DNA of 54,439 nucleotides from a virus (taxonomy: Duplodnaviria; Caudoviricetes). Below the pieces are notes generated by a model that worked only from the letters and a program-made list of their open reading frames with translations, did no database searches and had not been told where the DNA came from. Positions 41,301 through 47,249 of this stretch are shown here, one piece after another (position 1 is the stretch's first letter; each line of letters opens with the position of its first letter). Location of the stretch: positions 1-54,439 of IMG/VR virus record IMGVR_UViG_3300025674_000054. One strand, 5' to 3'. The position numbers and the translations under genes are program-made.

Positions 41301-41548
41301 ATTATACTGGTGCAGCTAATCATCCGACAGGAAGTGGAATTGGTATCGTAGCCCAAGAAATACAAAGTATCTTCCCAGAAACAATTCATAACTTTTCAGC
41401 TAAACTAAATGAAAATGATGAAGAAGAAACTACAGATTTATTAGGTTTCCAACAAGATCCACTTTTATATGCTGCTATTAACTCAATAAAAGAATTAAAT
41501 ACTAAAATAGAACAACTAGAACAACGTATCCAGGAACTAGAAGGATAA
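29336..41548 (+). CDS. giant tail fibre, 4070 aa, with Gly-X-Ser triplet tracts, repeated spacer domains, Cys/GG-rich heads and a C-terminal peptidase S74 chaperone
   Basis: (GTS/GSS)n tracts; SDERLKTNI autocleavage motif at about 41219; GIVAQE and terminal coiled coil. Confidence 0.9.
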   Translation: MAKQLENIFDPNVDEISQGFTINSWHVSQSVDAFTAQDAYDISISGSFNNTGSAGFSGSVFTPDLPDTTADFEVVVVDNTSKELKKTNLLNAGSSGTSGSSGTSGSSGTSGSSGTSGSSGTSGSSGNSGSSGTSGADGDRYATTSGTSETLGDGNQCITVETGLAYTAGQEMIMANSDTALQTALVVSYDSVTGILCYGAIILQIGSGTYSSWQVNLSGNVAGSSGTSGSSGTSGTSGSSGQQGDPGTSGSSGTSGSSGTSGSSGTSGSSGESDKYATTSGTSFTLGGNGTITVETDLAYTPAQSIIIVYDVNNFQECEVITYNSSTGELVFGSPTRTVGSGTYSTWTVNLDGASGGDGSSGTSGSSGTSGSSGTAGTSGSSGTSGTSGSSGVSGSSGSSGTSGSSGTSGSSGTSGSSGSSGTSGSSGNSGTSGSSGTSGSSGDSGTSGSSGTSGTSGTSGTSGTSGSSGTSGSSGTSGSSGTSGTDGTSGSSGTSGTSGSSGTSGTSGTSGTSGSSGTSGSSGEDGTSGSSGTSGSSGTSGTSGTSGSSGTSGTSGSSGTSGSSGSSGTSGTSGTSGSSGTSGTSGTSGTSGSSGTSGTSGSSGTSGTSGTSGTSGTSGSSGSSGTSGNSGTSGSSGNSGTSGSSGTSGSSGTSGTSGSSGTSGTSGTSGTSGSSGEDGTSGSSGTSGSSGTSDKYATTSGTSFTLGNSGTITVETGLAYTTAQSIIIVYDIDNFQECEVTSYNSATGELSFDSPTRTVGSGTYSTWEVNLDGASGGDGSSGTSGTSGTSGSSGTSGTSGTSGSSGTSGTSGSSGTSGTSGTSGSSGNSGTSGSSGTSGTSGTSGTSGTSGTSGSSGTSGTSGSSGTSGTSGTSGSSGNSGTSGSSGTSGSSGNSGTSGSSGTSGTSGTSGTSGSSGTSGSSGEDGTSGSSGTSGSSGTSGSSGTNGTSGTSGSSGTSGTSGSSGTSGTSGTSGSSGTSGTSGSSGTSGTDGTSGTSGTSGSSGTSGSSGTSGTNGTDGTSGSSGNSGTSGSSGTSGSSGDSGTSGSSGTSGTDGTSGSSGTSGTDGTSGSSGTSGTSGTSGSSGTSGTSGTSGSSGTSGTSGTSGSSGTSGTDGTSGSSGTSGTSGTSGSSGTSGQDGTSGSSGTSGTSGTSGTSGSSGTSDKYRTTSTTSFTLGNSGTLTVDVGLAYTPAQSIIIVYDVDNFQECEVITYNDATGALAFDTPTRTVGSGTYTSWTVNLDGASGGDGSSGTSGSSGTSGTSGTSGSSGTSGSSGTSGTSGTSGSSGTSGTSGSSGTSGTSGSSGESGTSGTSGTSGTSGTSGSSGTSGSSGVSGTSGSSGTSGTDGTSGTDGTSGSSGTSGTSGTSGSSGTSGTSGTSGSSGTSGTDGTSGSSGTSGTSGTSGSSGTSGTSGTSGSSGASGPIGPYEYNIPGDEDSGIHPVSGSNTAAGCWSTIAGGENNYVGLGGTKYHFIGGGCDNTVGTCAAGQVIVGGYCNYSQGSVSANKSDWNFIGAGIENCNIGGVAAIVAGRNNKIEGTGLGAAYTGASGSFIGAGANNCIIAACCSTIVGGKSNVNCGDHSFIGSGLENSISNNVSGGPHVLVGGSCNKLVSYATAFLGGGSNNTIEVSANQTSGNVLVGGNSNKITGSCQAYMFIGGGASNVISGSDSVCYSSIVGGRGNILKETERSFIGGGQENTSSADYTFIGGGYQNRVLGICSTIVGGRNNIITSGCNFIGGGLINCICTSTTSVIVGGIYNEIQGSHSGGFVGSGNCNTILGSTNSGHAIVTGTCNRVSNQNTGGGHNFIGTGCHNLASGCADIIVGGFHNTASANFAFIAGGCDNCVTHQHSVILGSEITSVSDCTTHVNQLNIGTVSTGTENDVLIIASDGTVKKKTAAATSGTSGTSGSSGTSGTSGSSGTGGTSGSSGNSGTSGSSGTSGTSGTSGTSGSSGNSGTSGSSGTSGTSGTDGTSGSSGTSGTSGTSGSSGTSGTDGTSGSSGTSGTSGTSGTDGTSGSSGTSGSSGTSGSSGTSGTSGSSGTSGTSGTSGTSGSSGTSGTSGTSGSSGSSDKYATTSGTSFTLGNSGTITVEAGLAYTPAQSIIIVYDTSNFQECEVITYNDSTGVLEFDSPTRTVGSGTYSVWTVNLDGASGGDGSSGTSGTSGTSGSSGTSGTSGTSGSSGTSGTSGTSGSSGTSGTSGTSGSSGSSGTSGTSGTSGSSGDSGTSGSSGTSGTSGTDGTSGSSGTSGTSGSSGTSGTSGTSGSSGNSGTSGSSGTSGTDGTSGTSGSSGNSGTSGSSGTSGTDGTSGTSGTSGTDGTSGSSGTSGTSGSSGTSGTSGTSGTSGSSGNSGTSGSSGTSGTNGTSGTSGTSGTSGSSGASGPIGPYEYNTPASTTSGIQPVSGSNTASGCMSNIGGGENNTSGGACSVIGGGRQNVNCSNLSFVGGGARHTLGSDVTQDVYSVIVGGLCNCAFDFYNFIGGGNKNFISSSVGETGTANVVVGGQCNRIGGAYSFIGGGICNFLTGSRGIIVGGSTNKSVCFANDDFVIVGGFSNENCADYTFIGGGCCNIANHNHAFILGSDITSVSACTTHVNQLNIGTVNTGTENDVLIIASDGTVKKKTAAASSGSSGTSGTSGTSGTSGTSGTSGSSGNSGTSGSSGTSGTSGTSGTSGSSGNSGTSGSSGTSGTSGTSGTSGSSGTSGTSGSSGTSGTSGTSGTSGTSGSSGTSGTSGSSGTSDKYRTTSTTSFTLGNSGTITVETGLAYSPAQSIIIVYDVDNFQECEVTTYNSGTGALSFDNPTRTEGSGTYTSWTVNLDGASGGDGSSGTSGTSGSSGTSGTSGTSGTNGTSGSSGTSGTSGSSGTSGTSGTSGTSGTSGSSGNSGTSGSSGTSGTSGTSGTSGSSGNSGTSGSSGTSGTNGTDGTSGSSGTSGTSGSSGTSGTSGSSGTSGTSGTSGTSGTSGTSGSSGVSGTSGSSGTSGTSGTNGTSGSSGVSGTSGSSGTSGTSGTSGTSGTSGTSGSSGTSGTSGSSGTSGTSGTSGTSGTSGTSGSSGNSGTSGSSGTSGSSGNSGTSGSSGTSGTSGTSGTSGTSGTSGAATINNNADHRVITGDNTAGVLNAESCFTFGPSYRVTIGQGHTNSNSTWAAVLSGCGNQVCMPAAVIGGGLDNCIQNLSGAGCIDVIGGGQNNKICGWKSNTISGGCNNTIANYNTGTFNYQLGHTIGGGYNNDISGSGGNEFASTIAGGNDNCIFGSSTGAIGGGAGNDIIGGSANTIAGGCFSRIIGSVYYTTIAGGNCNCISVSSNYASIGGGTCNCIISSHFGAIGGGYDNELNGGQCAVIGGGYNNCIKSNEGFIGGGRLNCIVSSVCSVIGGGYTNCISTYSFSTILGGCDNFVGGCLSFIGGGHGNNITLASSGTVIAGGIGNTVDGCMTNTIGGGCQNCIDGEQYGSHNTIPGGALNCIIGNCSEAYSTIGGGLCNTICVGDSNVIAGGRQNKTSGECSVIGGGYLNTGSCSFSFIGGGCSNFNARECATLVGGHNNCMNGIASFIGGGDTNCVTYCSAFTNIVGGAHNTASDAACYSSIVGGCKNSINRADYSAIVGGCLNFISGSNGNLADFSTIISGKENLVGGCYAVAGGEFSQALGNQAIAYGYAVSASGGASAAFGALSKAIGDNSFATGRSGSAGGCDSFVGGFGNDIDADAPQAVAFGYENIIASTGDNSVVFGSSNCIGGANNFVQGTNNDSFCDHNVIIGGCNHRISNVGGSTRATLSAIIGGINNCITCADSNFIGAGAGNLINRGCNSIIAGGNNKICIDTLTQGYSAVFGICNVTNGDGSYSFMAGGYGNNFGAYSAVIGVGSVGSKGDVQIALGCGITTPTGATAARGDSQIVVGKFNDYTTSCIHRFAVGNGTSDTSRTTKFAVIGGGTSNGQVAVNSSNGCSSYNFFVNGSAAKPFGGSWTNSSDERLKTNIQNYTKSLSDIIQVQPRTFDYTGAANHPTGSGIGIVAQEIQSIFPETIHNFSAKLNENDEEETTDLLGFQQDPLLYAAINSIKELNTKIEQLEQRIQELEG
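29609..38618 (+). repeat. degenerate 9-bp tandem repeats encoding Ser-Gly-Thr/Ser-Gly-Ser, interrupted by globular modules
   Basis: Units such as TCAGGTACA, AGTGGTTCA, TCTGGAACT with mixed synonymous codons. Confidence 0.95.
29750..37807 (+). repeat. six copies of an ~85-aa spacer module (DKYxTTS...TVxxGLAYTPAQSIIIVYD...NLDGASGGDG)
   Basis: Copies start near 29750 (divergent), 30152, 31415, 32822, 35543, 37547. Confidence 0.9.
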
Positions 41549-41554
41549 AAATAT

Positions 41555-41565
41555 ATATTTATAAT
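41555..41565 (+). promoter_or_regulatory. putative late promoter ATATTTATAAT
   Basis: Exact motif upstream of the ATG at 41577. Confidence 0.7.
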
Positions 41566-41576
41566 AAATACAAATT

Positions 41577-41921
41577 ATGGAACACATTTGGAAAGTTTAT
41601 GAATTGAATAGAACTATAGCTGATGGTGTAGTTAATAAAGTTACATATGCATGTGAATCTACAGTTACTAGTGGAAGCGAAGATTATTCAACAAGAAAAA
41701 TAGGAGAAATAGAATTATCAAATGGTAATCCATCTGATGGAAACTTTATCCCTTTTGAAAACTTAACAGAAGGTGATGTGCTAGCTTGGGTAACTGGTTC
41801 TATTGATTATGAATCATACCAAACATGGAATTCTGCTTCTTTAGCATCTAGACTAGTAGAAATAGCAGGTATAACAGAAGCAACAGGAAAACCTTGGGAT
41901 AACGTGGAAAACCCAGAATAA
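41577..41921 (+). CDS. tail-fibre-associated small protein (possible assembly/tip factor)
   Basis: FIPFENLTEGDVLAWV...GKPW motif; immediately after the fibre; late promoter. Confidence 0.6.
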   Translation: MEHIWKVYELNRTIADGVVNKVTYACESTVTSGSEDYSTRKIGEIELSNGNPSDGNFIPFENLTEGDVLAWVTGSIDYESYQTWNSASLASRLVEIAGITEATGKPWDNVENPE

Positions 41922-41933
41922 TATTGTATATTG
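41903..41933 (+). promoter_or_regulatory. early/host-sigma-type promoter
   Basis: CGTGG-N15-ATTGTATATTG with conserved spacing, upstream of the ATG at 41957. Confidence 0.6.
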
Positions 41934-41956
41934 TTTTTACTAAATTAAAGTTATAA

Positions 41957-42835
41957 ATGAATATATTCTTTCAAATAGACGGCGGTCTAGGTAAATCTAT
42001 TATGGCAACTGCCATGACTAAGGTTTTAAGAAAACGCTATAAAAATGCTCATATTATAGTAGTTACAGCTTATCCTGATGTATTTTTAAATAATCCTAAC
42101 ATCAATGAATGCTTTAGACAAGATCAAATAAATGGAGCTTATTTAAAATATATTAAGGATCAAGATTGTAAACTTTTTGTTGAAGACCCCTACCGTAATA
42201 CTGCTTTTTTAACGGATAAAGAACATTTATTTAGAACATGGTGTAGAATTTATGGACTTCATTACAATAATGAACAACCAGAACTTTATTTAACTCAACC
42301 TGAAATAGAATATTTTACCCCTTTTTATCAAACAGATAAACCTATTATGGTTATTCAACCTCATGGAGGCCCACAAGAACAAGGATTCCAATATTCTTGG
42401 ACTAGAGATATTCCACAACCTATAGTTGAACAAATAATTGAGCATTATGCAAATGATTATACACTTATTCATATAAAGAGGCAAGATCAACATGCTTATC
42501 CAAATACTATGCAAGCTTTAGATGGGTTTAGAAGTATAGCTATATTGTTACAATTATCTAAAAAACGATTATTAATAGATTCTTTCGGTCAACACTTAGC
42601 AGCAGCTATGAATAAAAAATCTACTGTATGTTGGGTTACTACTAAACCTAAGGTGTTTGGTTATAAATTACATGACAATATTTTAGCAGAACCCTTTACA
42701 AAAGAACCTCAAATTCAAAATTCTATTTACCAACCATTTAATTTAGCACAAGATATTTCATCTATTCCTTATAATGATTTAAGAGAAGTGTTTGATGTAA
42801 ATAAAATAATAGAATCCTTAGATAAACAGTTATAA
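41957..42835 (+). CDS. glycosyltransferase, GT-B fold, family 9 (heptosyltransferase)-like
   Basis: GGLGKSIMAT, YPDVFLNNPNI, IDSFGQHLAAAMNKKSTVCW (GT9 DSxxxHLAAA motif). Confidence 0.8.
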   Translation: MNIFFQIDGGLGKSIMATAMTKVLRKRYKNAHIIVVTAYPDVFLNNPNINECFRQDQINGAYLKYIKDQDCKLFVEDPYRNTAFLTDKEHLFRTWCRIYGLHYNNEQPELYLTQPEIEYFTPFYQTDKPIMVIQPHGGPQEQGFQYSWTRDIPQPIVEQIIEHYANDYTLIHIKRQDQHAYPNTMQALDGFRSIAILLQLSKKRLLIDSFGQHLAAAMNKKSTVCWVTTKPKVFGYKLHDNILAEPFTKEPQIQNSIYQPFNLAQDISSIPYNDLREVFDVNKIIESLDKQL

Positions 42836-42843
42836 ATTTACCC

Positions 42844-42854
42844 ATATTTATTAA
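42844..42854 (+). promoter_or_regulatory. putative late promoter variant ATATTTATTAA
   Basis: Core ATATTTAT upstream of the ATG at 42870. Confidence 0.5.
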
Positions 42855-42869
42855 CACAAAATTTAAACT

Positions 42870-43352
42870 ATGAGTTGGACCTATAAAACACACGAAATAG
42901 GCGACATCACTCAATTTCCAGAAAATACATTTGGTTTCGTTTATATAGTTACTCATAAACCTTCTGGGAAGTCTTATATTGGAAAAAAAGTATTATTCCA
43001 TAACAAAAAGCAAAAAATTGGAAAACGAGAATTAGAAAAACTATCAGGTGTAGTAGGACGTCGCCCTGCCTATAAATTAGTAGTTAAAGAATCAGACTGG
43101 CTTAATTACTATGGTTCCCAAAAAGATATTAAACAATTACTTTTAGAAGGTAAAAAGGATGAATTTGAACGTACTATTTTAAAATTATGTCCTAATAAAA
43201 AATCACTAACTTACTTTGAGATAAAATATCAAATGATATACCAAGTATTAGAAAAACCAGATGAATTTTTCAATGATAATATTTTAGGTAAATTTTTTAC
43301 TAAAGACTTAACAGATATAGAATTTGAAGATTTCGTGTCTGATACAGTATAG
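42870..43352 (+). CDS. GIY-YIG endonuclease-like protein
   Basis: GFVYIVTHKPSGKSYIGKK, ESDWLNYYGS, FERTIL, FNDNILGKF. Confidence 0.85.
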   Translation: MSWTYKTHEIGDITQFPENTFGFVYIVTHKPSGKSYIGKKVLFHNKKQKIGKRELEKLSGVVGRRPAYKLVVKESDWLNYYGSQKDIKQLLLEGKKDEFERTILKLCPNKKSLTYFEIKYQMIYQVLEKPDEFFNDNILGKFFTKDLTDIEFEDFVSDTV

Positions 43353-43365
43353 TTTTGTATATTAG
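43334..43365 (+). promoter_or_regulatory. early/host-sigma-type promoter
   Basis: CGTGT-N15-TTTGTATATTAG with conserved spacing, upstream of the ATG at 43388. Confidence 0.55.
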
Positions 43366-43387
43366 TTATGTATAAACTAGTTATTGA

Positions 43388-44836
43388 ATGCAATCAAACG
43401 ATTTAATCTATAGGCAAAAACAAGAAGCCCATAAATATACATCTACTAACCAATATCCTCCTTTTAAGTGGCAAGTAGATTCTAATCACATGGAAACTAA
43501 AAATGGTATCCCTCAGGGAAATATCCGTTATAGTTTTTATGATGATGATAATAATCTAAAATATGAAGGTGATATTCGCATAATTGAATGTGAAGATGGT
43601 TTAGTTAGACAAGATATTGATTTTAAATTAGTAGATGGTCAATATGAAGATGTAGTAAATTCTTTTAACATTTATAGGTTATACTCTACTCAAATAGCTA
43701 TTGGTTATTGGGTTTGTGATAATTACCAACATATTAATATTATTTGTTTAAGAGGTTATGGTGAAAAAGCTGATATTAGAGCCAGGTTAGCAGCTCGTTA
43801 CTGGAAGAAAATCTTAGGTATAGATGCAACCCCAGGTAAATTTTTAGGTGAAGATGTTTTAGAGGTTAAATTTAATATGCCCGAACCTTATTTTTATCCT
43901 ACAGATGATATTCCTATACTTCAAGAAATAAAAGCTAACTTTCCCCAAATAAAAAAAGAAATATTAGAAATGATAGAGGCAATTAATTGGGAAGATTTTC
44001 CTAAATATGAAGCCCAATATCATCCTAAATATGGGGGTTCATTATATGAAAATGATTGGAAAGTAATACCTTTAAGTTCTTTTAAAGGTATTTATGGTGT
44101 AGAAAAATATGCAAAAGGAGAAGCTGAAAAATTATTTCAAAAAGTAAAAAAATTAATCCCAACTTATAGAAGTATAATTAAAAAAGGTGAAAAAGAAGGA
44201 TGGATTGCCAATTCATTTTTATCAAAGCTTGTTCCCGGGAGTATTATCAATCCTCATAAATCATGGACAGAAGATTACCTCAGAGCCCATATTTGCATTA
44301 CAGAAGATAAAGATTGTATTATTTCAAAATTTCACCCTGATACCCCAGAAATTAAAGAATCCCGAACTTGGAAAGAAGGTGAATTACTTGCGTTTCATGA
44401 TGGGGGTAATTATTTGCATGCTGTAAAACATAAAGGTAAAAAACCAAGAATTATTATATCTTTAGATTTAAAAATAGACCATATATTTGATGGGCATTAC
44501 TTAAAATATGCTAATTTACCTATCCGCCCCTCTAAATTTAAGTTTACAACTACTATTATTAAAGGAGTTCAAATTGATTCTATTATAGGTTTACCTTCTG
44601 CCAATCTTAAAGAACAACCTGATTTAAGATGTGGTATTTATACTGTTGATACTAATTTTGGAAAAGGGGTTTTAAATAATTATGATATTAAATCTACTGT
44701 TCATATATTAGACTTTGATAAAGAAATCTATGGGGAAAAAATTACAATTACAAACCCCCAACTAATTGATAAAAAACATAAATTTGCAAATCCATTATTT
44801 GATTTTTATAATGAGTTTTGTGATAAATGTGAATAA
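43388..44836 (+). CDS. fusion: unknown N-terminal domain + Asp/Asn beta-hydroxylase-like oxygenase + degenerate riboflavin-kinase-like domain
   Basis: WKVIPL, SKLVPGSIINPH, LRAH, WKEGELLAF....YLHAV...PRIIISLD; C-terminal GLPSANL, GIY, VHILDFDKEIYGEKI. Confidence 0.75.
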   Translation: MQSNDLIYRQKQEAHKYTSTNQYPPFKWQVDSNHMETKNGIPQGNIRYSFYDDDNNLKYEGDIRIIECEDGLVRQDIDFKLVDGQYEDVVNSFNIYRLYSTQIAIGYWVCDNYQHINIICLRGYGEKADIRARLAARYWKKILGIDATPGKFLGEDVLEVKFNMPEPYFYPTDDIPILQEIKANFPQIKKEILEMIEAINWEDFPKYEAQYHPKYGGSLYENDWKVIPLSSFKGIYGVEKYAKGEAEKLFQKVKKLIPTYRSIIKKGEKEGWIANSFLSKLVPGSIINPHKSWTEDYLRAHICITEDKDCIISKFHPDTPEIKESRTWKEGELLAFHDGGNYLHAVKHKGKKPRIIISLDLKIDHIFDGHYLKYANLPIRPSKFKFTTTIIKGVQIDSIIGLPSANLKEQPDLRCGIYTVDTNFGKGVLNNYDIKSTVHILDFDKEIYGEKITITNPQLIDKKHKFANPLFDFYNEFCDKCE

Positions 44837-45766
44837 ATGGTAAACCAATTATTAGTAACATTAGTTAATTCTGTATTAGGATCAGGCAAGGCAACTGCTA
44901 GAAACAACTACGCATACCATTGTCCCTTTTGCCATCACCATAAACCTAAATTAGAGGTTAATTTAACAGAAAACCGTGAAGGGAAAAACCCTTGGCATTG
45001 TTGGGCTTGTGATGCTAGAGGTACTACTATATATAATTTATTTAAACAACTTAAAGTAGAAGCTAAAAAATTTAGTGAACTCAAATCATTAGTTAAAACT
45101 TCTAAATCCATAAAAGAAACACAAGTTGTTAGTAGTGTTACATTACCTAATGAATATATTAGTTTATATAACGGTGATAATAGCGGGATAATGGCTAGGC
45201 ACGCGCTGGCATACTTAAAAAAGAGAAACATCAGTAAACACGATATACTCAAATATAATATAGGGTATTGTAAAGAAGGGTTATATAAAAATATGATTAT
45301 ATTACCGACTTACAATAAAGACGGAAATATAAATTATTATATCGCCCGCTCATTTGAAAAAGAACCATATATAAAATATCGTAACCCACCAGCAAGTAGA
45401 GATATAATTCCAAATGAACATTTAATTAATTGGAATATACCAATTATATTATGTGAAGGAATGTTTGATGCAATTGCTATTAAACGAAATGCAATACCAT
45501 TATTAGGAAAAAATATTCAAAGTAACTTAATGAAAAAAATAGTTACTTCTGTAGTAGATAAAATTTACATTGCGTTAGATAGGGATGCAATTAAACAAGC
45601 TTTAAAATTCTGTGAAAGATTAATGGCGGAAGGAAAAGAAGTCTATCTTGTAGATTTACAAGATAAGGACCCGAGTGAAATGGGTTTTAAAAATTTCACT
45701 AGACTTATACAAAAAACAGTTCCACTAACCTATTCTAATCTATTGGAACAAAAACTAGCTTTATGA
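44837..45766 (+). CDS. dnaG: DNA primase (zinc finger + TOPRIM)
   Basis: CPFC...HCWAC, LCEGMFDAI, ALDRDA, KDPSE. Confidence 0.9.
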   Translation: MVNQLLVTLVNSVLGSGKATARNNYAYHCPFCHHHKPKLEVNLTENREGKNPWHCWACDARGTTIYNLFKQLKVEAKKFSELKSLVKTSKSIKETQVVSSVTLPNEYISLYNGDNSGIMARHALAYLKKRNISKHDILKYNIGYCKEGLYKNMIILPTYNKDGNINYYIARSFEKEPYIKYRNPPASRDIIPNEHLINWNIPIILCEGMFDAIAIKRNAIPLLGKNIQSNLMKKIVTSVVDKIYIALDRDAIKQALKFCERLMAEGKEVYLVDLQDKDPSEMGFKNFTRLIQKTVPLTYSNLLEQKLAL

Positions 45767-46530
45767 TCAAAAAATCATATGATAGAATACTAGAGGTCTC
45801 AAATGACCACAAACAAATAACTCTACCAGATTCACGTTACTATAGACGTAATGGAGAGTATTATCCATCTATAACTTATGTTCTAAATTGTTATCCTAAA
45901 GGCAAACATTTTCAAGATTGGCTTAAAAAAGTAGGTTATAGCGCAGATTGGATTGTTAAAAAGGCATCTGAAGAAGGTACAGCAGTACATGAATTAATAG
46001 AAGAATATTTCGAAGGTAAAGAAATGAATTTTCTAAACGATTATGGTAATCCTAAAATGAATCCTGAAATATGGAGAATGTTTTTACGTTTTGTAGATTT
46101 TTGGGAAACATATAAACCTACATTGATAGAAACAGAAGTACATTTATTTAGTGAAGAACTTAAAGTAGCAGGTACTTGTGATTTGATTTGTGAAATTGAT
46201 GGTGTGTTATGGGTTATCGATTTTAAGACAAGTAATCATCTCCAAACAACTTATGATTTACAAGGTGCTGCCTATGCTCAATGTTATAAAGAATGTTTTG
46301 GTAAAGAAGCTGAACGTATAGGGGTATTATGGTTAAAATCAAAATCTAGAGGAAAAGATAAATCCGGAGTTAGATTAAAGGGTAAAAACTGGGAGATTTA
46401 TGAATCACCAAGATCCCAAGAAGAAAATCTTGACATATTTAAATCAGTAAAAAGAATTTTTGATCTAGAAAATCCAAAACATAAACCAGCTACTACTTCA
46501 TTTCAAACAACAGTGAAAAGAACAGTTTGA
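45763..46530 (+). CDS. PD-(D/E)XK exonuclease (RecB-family nuclease domain)
   Basis: YPSITYVL, GTAVHELIE, AGTCDLI, VIDFKTS, QGAAYA. Confidence 0.88.
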   Translation: MIKKSYDRILEVSNDHKQITLPDSRYYRRNGEYYPSITYVLNCYPKGKHFQDWLKKVGYSADWIVKKASEEGTAVHELIEEYFEGKEMNFLNDYGNPKMNPEIWRMFLRFVDFWETYKPTLIETEVHLFSEELKVAGTCDLICEIDGVLWVIDFKTSNHLQTTYDLQGAAYAQCYKECFGKEAERIGVLWLKSKSRGKDKSGVRLKGKNWEIYESPRSQEENLDIFKSVKRIFDLENPKHKPATTSFQTTVKRTV

Positions 46531-46540
46531 TATTTATAAT
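46530..46540 (+). promoter_or_regulatory. putative late promoter ATATTTATAAT
   Basis: Exact motif 3 nt upstream of the ATG at 46544. Confidence 0.6.
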
Positions 46541-46543
46541 AAA

Positions 46544-46918
46544 ATGGAACCTAATCAAATTCAAAAAATTGCAAACAAAGTATACCCTAAAATTAGGGCT
46601 CACTATGGTTTAGGTAAAAAAGAATATCCACAAATTGAAGTTCACAAAAATATTTTAGTTAGATTAACAGGCGAACCAGAAGCTGAAGGTGAACCTGCTG
46701 ATGCTGAATTTGATAGAAAAGAAAATAAGTTATTCCTATATTCAGATTATAATGATAGTGTTGAAGATGTAATTAGGGGAATTATACATGAATATATACA
46801 TTATTTACAATCTGGATCTTGGATGAAAAGATACTACAATATGGGTTATACTTATGGCAATCACCCATATGAAATTGATGCTCAAAAAGCTGAGGAAGAT
46901 TGGAAGAAATTCGTGTAA
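46544..46918 (+). CDS. zincin-like metallopeptidase domain protein
   Basis: IIHEYIHYLQ (HExxH) and downstream HPYEIDA. Confidence 0.8.
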   Translation: MEPNQIQKIANKVYPKIRAHYGLGKKEYPQIEVHKNILVRLTGEPEAEGEPADAEFDRKENKLFLYSDYNDSVEDVIRGIIHEYIHYLQSGSWMKRYYNMGYTYGNHPYEIDAQKAEEDWKKFV

Positions 46919-46921
46919 AAA

Positions 46922-46953
46922 TTTGGCTACCCAAGTAACCTTTCGTATATTTA
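46922..46953 (+). promoter_or_regulatory. early/host-sigma-type promoter
   Basis: TTTGGCTACCCAAG...TTCGTATATTTA, nearly identical to the copy at 3545. Confidence 0.8.
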
Positions 46954-46982
46954 CCCTGTAAATGAGTAAAAAAATAAAGGTT

Positions 46983-47249
46983 ATGTCAATTTTAAGTAAA
47001 AAAATCAAAAATTTAAAAGAAGGAGATAAATTCATCTTTACCTATGGTGATAAAGATTATGAATTTTATTGTCATTCATATTCAGAAAATTTTGGTCCTA
47101 GTTTCTCAATCCATGAAGCTGGTAGTTTTTTAGGTAGATCAATGAATGTTGATAAAGTTACTAAAAAGTATATCACATTATATGATTATAATTTATTTTC
47201 AGTTAGATCATCATTTAAAATTCCAATTAACTCAATAGAGATTAAGTAA
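46983..47249 (+). CDS. hypothetical protein
   Basis: ORF track start 46962; ATG at 46983 preferred for its AAAGGTTATG context. Confidence 0.7.
   Translation: MSILSKKIKNLKEGDKFIFTYGDKDYEFYCHSYSENFGPSFSIHEAGSFLGRSMNVDKVTKKYITLYDYNLFSVRSSFKIPINSIEIK

Noticed and set aside
28170-41548. Diversity-generating retroelement or invertible shufflon acting on the fibres
   Set aside because: No reverse transcriptase or recombinase in the window, no adenine-only-mismatch repeat pair noticed, and repeats are direct and within one ORF.
42870-43352. Intron-encoded homing endonuclease
   Set aside because: Free-standing between intact genes; no split host gene or intron core visible.
45763-46530. Cas4 / CRISPR adaptation gene
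   Set aside because: Lacks the four-Cys Fe-S pattern; sits next to primase; no cas genes or array.
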